From positions 310,001 to 374,000 of the forward strand of contig JAMWBK010000012.1 in assembly GCA_029953675.1 (NCBI GenBank): a stretch of 64,000 nucleotides of DNA, in the 5' to 3' direction. Each line of letters opens with the position of its first letter. Positions within the stretch are counted from its first letter, which is position 1. Under the pieces are notes generated by a model. The model ran no database searches and was not told the DNA's origin. It saw only the letters and a program-made list of their open reading frames with translations. Made by a program: the position numbers and the translations under genes. Below are positions 58,428 to 64,000 of the stretch, piece by piece. This DNA comes from Rhodosorus marinus CCMP1338. Lineage: Eukaryota; Plantae; Rhodophyta.

Positions 58428-58790
58428 TTACAGGCTTTACTGGGCTTTACTGGCTTTATTGGGCTTTACTAGCATAGCCTGAAGCGCTACGCAAGGCGTG
58501 AAAAGGAGCTAAGAACTAGGGAGGGAAGCCTGCCAACCGCGGCGCCGATGGCGCGCCTCGGCAAGCATGCTGCTAGAATATCGCCACAGGGCGGCACTCA
58601 AACGCCGTAAAAGCGCCAAGTACTCAGTAGGATGCTCAGCGAAACATTTCCGCAACCACTCTAAACCCGACTTATCCACATGACCAAAGCTTTCCAAAAT
58701 GAAAGGCTGGAACCGGTGGGAGCGACCCTCGGCGTAGGGCAGACTGGCCACACTCTCAGCACACCGTCGTCGTTTCACTCGTCGGAGAAA
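58428..58790 (-). mobile_element. Family B (B3) 3' fragment
   Basis: ORF 58509-58799; GCCCAGTAAA tail. Confidence 0.88.
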
Positions 58791-59146
58791 ACGATGCAAC
58801 CTGAGAACTCGCTAACGAGCGTGTGGTAGTAAAATCCCCAACGAGCTCTTCAGTTTTAGATTTAATTAGATCAGCTGATTGTGGCTGTCGAGTACGGATA
58901 CGACCACTTTCGCTCGCAGCGGCATTCACTCGTAATTTGTTTACTTCATATCCTTCGTAGTTCTCCGCGCCGGGTTGGCCAAGCCACGAACATCACCCCG
59001 AGAAGTCCATACGCGAGCGTCATGCTTTCCTGACAATAAGAATCTAGCAAAAAGCACCAAAAACACGATCATCATCCGTAGAACTCCGTCCCCATGCGAA
59101 ATGCTTCACTGACAATGATTCATTCAGTTCTAAATCTAACTAATAT

Positions 59147-60299
59147 TAGGGTTGTCGTCTCCGTCCGATAAAAAACGTCCGATTGCGTCCGATAAATATG
59201 GGAAGGTCCGATAAAAGCTTATCGAACCTGTATACGTAATAATAGAACATATATACTGTCGACCCCAGTCCGATACGAGTTTATCGGACCTGAATATAAA
59301 AGAAAACCTACGCATCTCCGATAAAAGGTCCGATAACGACCGATTGTCTTCCGATATTTTTTAATGCTTGTTTTTCGGTCATGGTCGTGTTCACCGTGAG
59401 CTTTTTTCGGACGTTTTGCTTGGCTAGTCACCCGAAGCAGCAGGTTATTGACCTGCTCAGAATATATTGGAAAGTCAGAGTAGCCGTCGCGGAAGGAACA
59501 GGGCAAGTGGTAGAAAGAGGAGATAAGGCGGCAGCCAACATCTTATGATAGAGTGTGAGAGTATGAGCTAGTGCCAAGGAACTTGAACCGAGGGATTAAG
59601 TCCTGCGGAGTATCCAAGAGTTTCAGTGCCTGCCGACTCCACCTGGGCTGATGGCCTCTTCTTTGCTCCTGGCATGTTTAGGATATCGTTTCGGTTCCCG
59701 GTGCTGCGTGGATGAAAGAAATCTTCTTGTACCAGCGGGGCTACTGAAAGCGCTGGAGGAGCTCAGAGTTTGTTATCTGGAGATGCATTCACACTGGGTT
59801 AGTAACCCTAAGAGACACTGAAACGTGACCAAGCATATGGTCGATCCCCAAAGTACTCACGCTACCAGAGGACGTAGAACCACCGCCAGAGGACGCGAGA
59901 AAAACTCCCTTCGGAATGCGCCCGTTCTACTCGGAGTCCTTGCACCTTAACCGCAATCTTCAACCAATGTTTGCCAGCCTGTCGAGTCCAAAAATAGTCA
60001 TGATTCATTACATGCAGCTAGTCAACCGGAGGAGTAGTGCTGATTCATGATACATGAGCCACGCCAAAACGAAATCATGATTCAATACACGAACTGATAA
60101 TGACTGGTTAATGTACTAACGTTGATTGAATATCGGACGAATTATCGGTCTTGATTATCGGACGGGCAATCGGACCTGTTTTTTTCGAATAATTGCGATC
60201 AGATATCTCATTTATTTATACGTTTTTCAATAGTCTATCCACCTTAAAAATTGTCGGTACCGTCCGATAAAAGTTATTGGACGGTACATTACAACACTG
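59147..60299. mobile_element. Non-autonomous hAT-like DNA transposon
   Basis: Termini TAGGGTTGT / ACAACACTG, many subterminal TCCGATA repeats inverted at the two ends, flanking CTAATAT duplication (59140-59146, 60300-60306). Confidence 0.75.
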
Positions 60300-60440
60300 C
60301 TAATATCAAATACAACTAACCAATCAGTTCCAAGTTGTTGCTATGAATCTCGAGTGACTATTGGGTCATTCTAACTCAGCGAATGGAATTACAGATTCAT
60401 ATTTAAATTCCAGAATATTAGTAATACTTTAAAGAATATC

Positions 60441-61080
60441 TTTGAATGAATGAATTTGTTTACTCGGAGACTGAAAGAAAAACACGGCCGAGGTGGAAGA
60501 AAGGGAAATGTGCGCTCGCCTGGAAGATCGTTTGGGCTGCCGCTCCAAAACATCGAAAGCAGCGATCATACGCCCAGGGAAAAAGAAACTTAAAACCGGT
60601 AAAGAACGAGGGGAGACGATCAGGACGTTCGTGGTACAACTCCCGAGAACATCGCGAACCAAGGGAATCCATAAAGCTAAAGCACTCGATGACGAAGAGG
60701 CCACCAGGCGATGACCTAGAGCCGGGGCATGAGTGTCTTGGGAGGACAAAGCAGCCCCTGCATAGTTCAACTCTTTGGAATCACAGATTCCTATGCAAAA
60801 TCCTTAAATATTTTTATTTTAAATAATATGAACGAACCTTTGATTGTGATGAATTTGTTTACTGGACCGCTGGATACAAGATGCGGAGAACTCAAGTTCA
60901 ATGACGAAGAGGCACCAAGCGATGACCTAGAGCCGGAACATGAATGTCTGGGGCAAGACAAAGCAGCCCCTGCATGTTTCAACTCTTTGGAATCACAGAT
61001 TCCTATTCGAAATTCCTAAATATTCTTATTCTTTTAAATTAAGTAATATGAACCAATCTTTGATTGAATGAATTTGTTTC
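60441..61080 (-). mobile_element. Old family A-like 3' fragment with a roughly 210-bp tandem duplication
   Basis: ORF 60429-60770; GATGACGAAGAG..GACAAAGCAGCCCCTGCAT..GGAATCACAGATTCCTAT unit twice. Confidence 0.7.
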
Positions 61081-61129
61081 ATGAACCGCTGGATACAAGA
61101 TGCAGAGAACCGTTAGGGCGTGATCGGTT

Positions 61130-61560
61130 TTAACCAAACCTGGTGTTGTTGTTTCTTGTTTTAGAGGATCCCTCACTAATGGTGCAGACTTGTCTATAGT
61201 GCGCAGCAGCCAAGCCCAAGCCCCTAAAGCGCTACGACCATCGTGATCAGTGTTGGGTACTAGGATCTGTGCCCAACTGACGAGCATACTCCCTGGATCA
61301 GCTCACGACAGCAACTGGGCTACCTTATCGTTAGACCCCTTCGTGGCTGAGCAGAGCGGGTATGAGCTAAAAGTTGAAACACTCCCATCAACAGCCCCGA
61401 TTGTTTTCTGAGGGAGGTAGCACTTGGCCCGAATGCGAATTCTCGTGAGGCCCTCATAGGACGCCGTGAAGCAGTCTACGGGAAGGGCAGAACTGCTGCG
61501 TTGGAAAGAGCAATCGTCCTGATCGCCCGTAGGCCACGATTGATCCGTGACTTTCACCTC
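61130..61560 (-). pseudogene. Possible PIF/Harbinger transposase remnant
   Basis: LPQKTIGAVDGSV resembles the FP.CIGAIDGTHI motif; DPGS downstream; heavily disrupted. Confidence 0.3.
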
Positions 61561-62529
61561 GCACTTTCCTATTCACCCGGAAGAGCCCCCCCCCCCGTGA
61601 TGTTCTTTCTTTCACTCCCATATTAAACAAATTCAATAGTATGCCGACAAGTGATATTAAATATCACTTGGCTTCCTCCAACTCTTCCAAGTCTCCTCGG
61701 AATCTGCATGTATGTGTGGTGTCTTGATTCAACACGTTTGTTCGCTCTCTAGGGCCTGCATGTTCATTGTCTCAATCAACGAGTTTCAACGCCTTGCGAT
61801 GGGGTTGCCAACTGTATCAGCAGAGCGAACAAAATATCATGCCGTGTGTAGTCGTCGCTTCCAATGTAGCAGGCTGCCGACAAAATCTACCTAACATCAA
61901 ATACAACCAACCAATCAGTTCCAAGTAGTATTATGAATCTCGAGTGACTATTGGGCCATTCTATCTCAGCGAATGAAATCACAGATTCATATTCATAATT
62001 CTAAAATATTAGGTTTATTTTAAATATCATGAACGAATCATTAACGCCGGATTAGCTTACAGTACGGGTATGATTTTTCAAGCTTTGATAAACATTTCCT
62101 CCCCTCTCTTCTCTCTTTTGAAAGCGCTGCCCATCAGCTTCGCGATATCCCTCCTTTTTGGTAGCTGATATCCTAAGATCTTAAAGAAGCTTGAACAAAA
62201 ACTCTGAAACTCACCTCCAGAAAGGAGGGCAGCGTTACTACAAAACACCGCCAAGTAGTCACACGTTTGTGACTCCCTTTTCTCTCTCGCAGGACACCCA
62301 CCTCGGCGTAGTTAGGTTTCCAGGAAACCATAGCGCCAAATTCCAGCTCGCCGGACACCCACCCGGGGTTGCCAGTTTTCCAGTAAGCACACCCCCAAGT
62401 TCAGCGATGAATACAATCCCCACAATAGGTCGGGACGTTCCATGTTAGCACTCGCGGGAACCAACTGGCACCCGCTCATACCGCGCATTTTAGGACGATT
62501 GCTTCGGCTCGAGCTCATCGCCCGGTACA

Positions 62530-62768
62530 CCTCTGGCCATTGAGTGCTTTAGGCTTATGGATTCCGTTGGTTCTCGTTGGCTTCGGGAATAGTTCCGCGA
62601 GCGCCCTGACCGTCTGTAGTCGTTGTTTACCCGTTTAAGTTTCTTGCTGTGGCGTATGGACGCTGCTTTGATGTTGGAGGCTGGCGATCTTCGCCGCGCT
62701 TAGTCTTCTTTCTTCCATTGGGGTTTTTTTCTTTAAGCCTGCGATTACTTACAAATTCATTCATTCAT
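62530..62768 (+). mobile_element. Old family A 3' end
   Basis: Diverged RLE end, 3' UTR and TTCA tail. Confidence 0.8.
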
Positions 62769-63045
62769 ATTGTTTCTTTTCGTTCGCTCACATCAATCCT
62801 TTTTTTTCAACAGAACAGACCAAAGTTCTTCAATCAGAATCAGAAAGGATGGAAAGTGCTTTCACACAAAAATGGTCGAATTAAATATGAGATTAGACGT
62901 CAATCTCTTTTTAGTTCTCCAATCAGAATCAGAAAGAATGAAAACTACTTCTCACAAAATGGCCGAATTAGATGTAGATGAGATTAGACAAACTTTTCTC
63001 TCAGGGTGACCAAAGCGGTGGGGTGGAGAGGAGCCGCGGGGGGAT

Positions 63046-63189
63046 GAGGGGGAGAGGCTAGGTGCAGACTCCAGTTTTATGTTCGTATCCTCAAGACTTT
63101 ACAATGGTTTACCCTGGGGGAGGGAGGGGGAGAGGCTAGGTGCAGACTCCAGTTGTATGTTCGTATCCTCAAGACTTTACAATGGTTTA
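63046..63189. repeat. Direct tandem duplication, period 78 bp
   Basis: GAGGGGGAGAGGCTAGGTGCAGACTCCAGTT..GACTTTACAATGGTTTAC at 63046 and 63124. Confidence 0.9.
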
Positions 63190-63479
63190 CACTTTTTACG
63201 CATTTTTTCACTCCCTATATTTTCCATACTTTCCATATTTTTATACTTTTATACTTTTTATACCTTTTTTTTGCTTTGTTTGTCTAACTTTTAAAACATT
63301 GTTTTATTTTTTTTTATATCCGAGCCCAGTTTACCCTAGAACACTCTTTTTAGTACAGAGATTAACTATAATATTCCAAAAAGCCTTTTAAAATAAACAC
63401 AAAACCAAATACCGTAGATTTAGATGTTTTAGTTTTTTGGTACGTTTTTAACTAAGAAAATGGCCCACAAGGGAATGAT

Positions 63480-64000
63480 TAGGGTTGTCATCTATCTCCA
63501 TTTGATAAAAAAACGTCCGATTTGCCCGTTCGATACATGCTTTTGTGGGACCTGTATTTAGCAATAATAGAACGTTTATTTTCTGTGGATCCTGTCTGAT
63601 ATGAGTTTATCAAACTGGAATAGAAAAAACAAAAAAAATGACTTTTTCGTCGTCTGATAAATGGTCCAATAACGAACGATTACGTCCAATTGTTGCTTTT
63701 TCATATTTTTCAGATTTTTTTGGTCGTGTTTGCAGTAGGGGGGCTCGACTAAAGTTTGATTTTCATCAATCAATACGTGAGGAAGGATATTTCGTCTTTT
63801 TCGTTGGAATCATCTAAAAAGGCGTGCGCTACTACGGAGGTGGTGGTTGCCTTGCTCGACCAATGCTATGACAGCCTGTCGAGTTCAGAAATAGTCATGA
63901 TTCATTCCATGAGATAATCGCAGTTTTTATTGCCGAAAAGTAGTCACGGTTCATGACATGGTAAATGCGAGAGCGGCGAGCTTGTCATACCACGCAGTAG
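63480..64000. mobile_element. Second, diverged copy of the hAT-like element (runs off the window)
   Basis: Starts TAGGGTTGTC; similar to 59147-59440 and 59960-60100. Confidence 0.7.

Noticed and set aside
1-64000. tRNA, rRNA, snRNA/SL-RNA targets, hammerhead or HDV ribozymes, true telomeric arrays
   Set aside because: None recognisable by eye; a covariance-model search (tRNAscan-SE, Infernal) would be needed to exclude them.

Overview
Eukaryotic, repeat-dense window; a red alga or similar protist is my guess, inferred from the secreted Hint-domain protein and the roughly 50-130 bp GT-AG introns. Most of it is nested fragments of two divergent CRE-clade non-LTR retrotransposon families, each with RT (YHDD motif), a CCHC finger and a restriction-like endonuclease. 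Family A ends ...LEARVLRRA and has a (TTCG/TTCA)n tail. Family B ends ...HASLPSY and has a 3' stem-loop plus an irregular (CCAGTAAAG-like)n tail. Also present: one gag-deleted chromodomain Ty3/gypsy element with both LTRs and TSD, hAT-like non-autonomous DNA elements, fold-back elements and decayed copia/PIF remnants. Seven host genes sit between the elements and all encode predicted secreted proteins: a Hint-domain protein missed by the ORF track, a tandem CBM4/9-like protein, a beta-propeller-like protein, and four paralogues of an unrecognised family (conserved head domain plus Cys-rich modules on phase-0 exons). The best leads are this exon-cassette family and the insertion behaviour of the two CRE families (AGT-primed TSDs, tail-only scars, a multi-template insertion in one TSD, a 99-bp TSD, one LTR position hit in both LTRs, a possible divergent antisense ORF). 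Gene models and alignments were read by eye; degenerate-element boundaries are approximate. No tRNA, rRNA or CRISPR array was seen.
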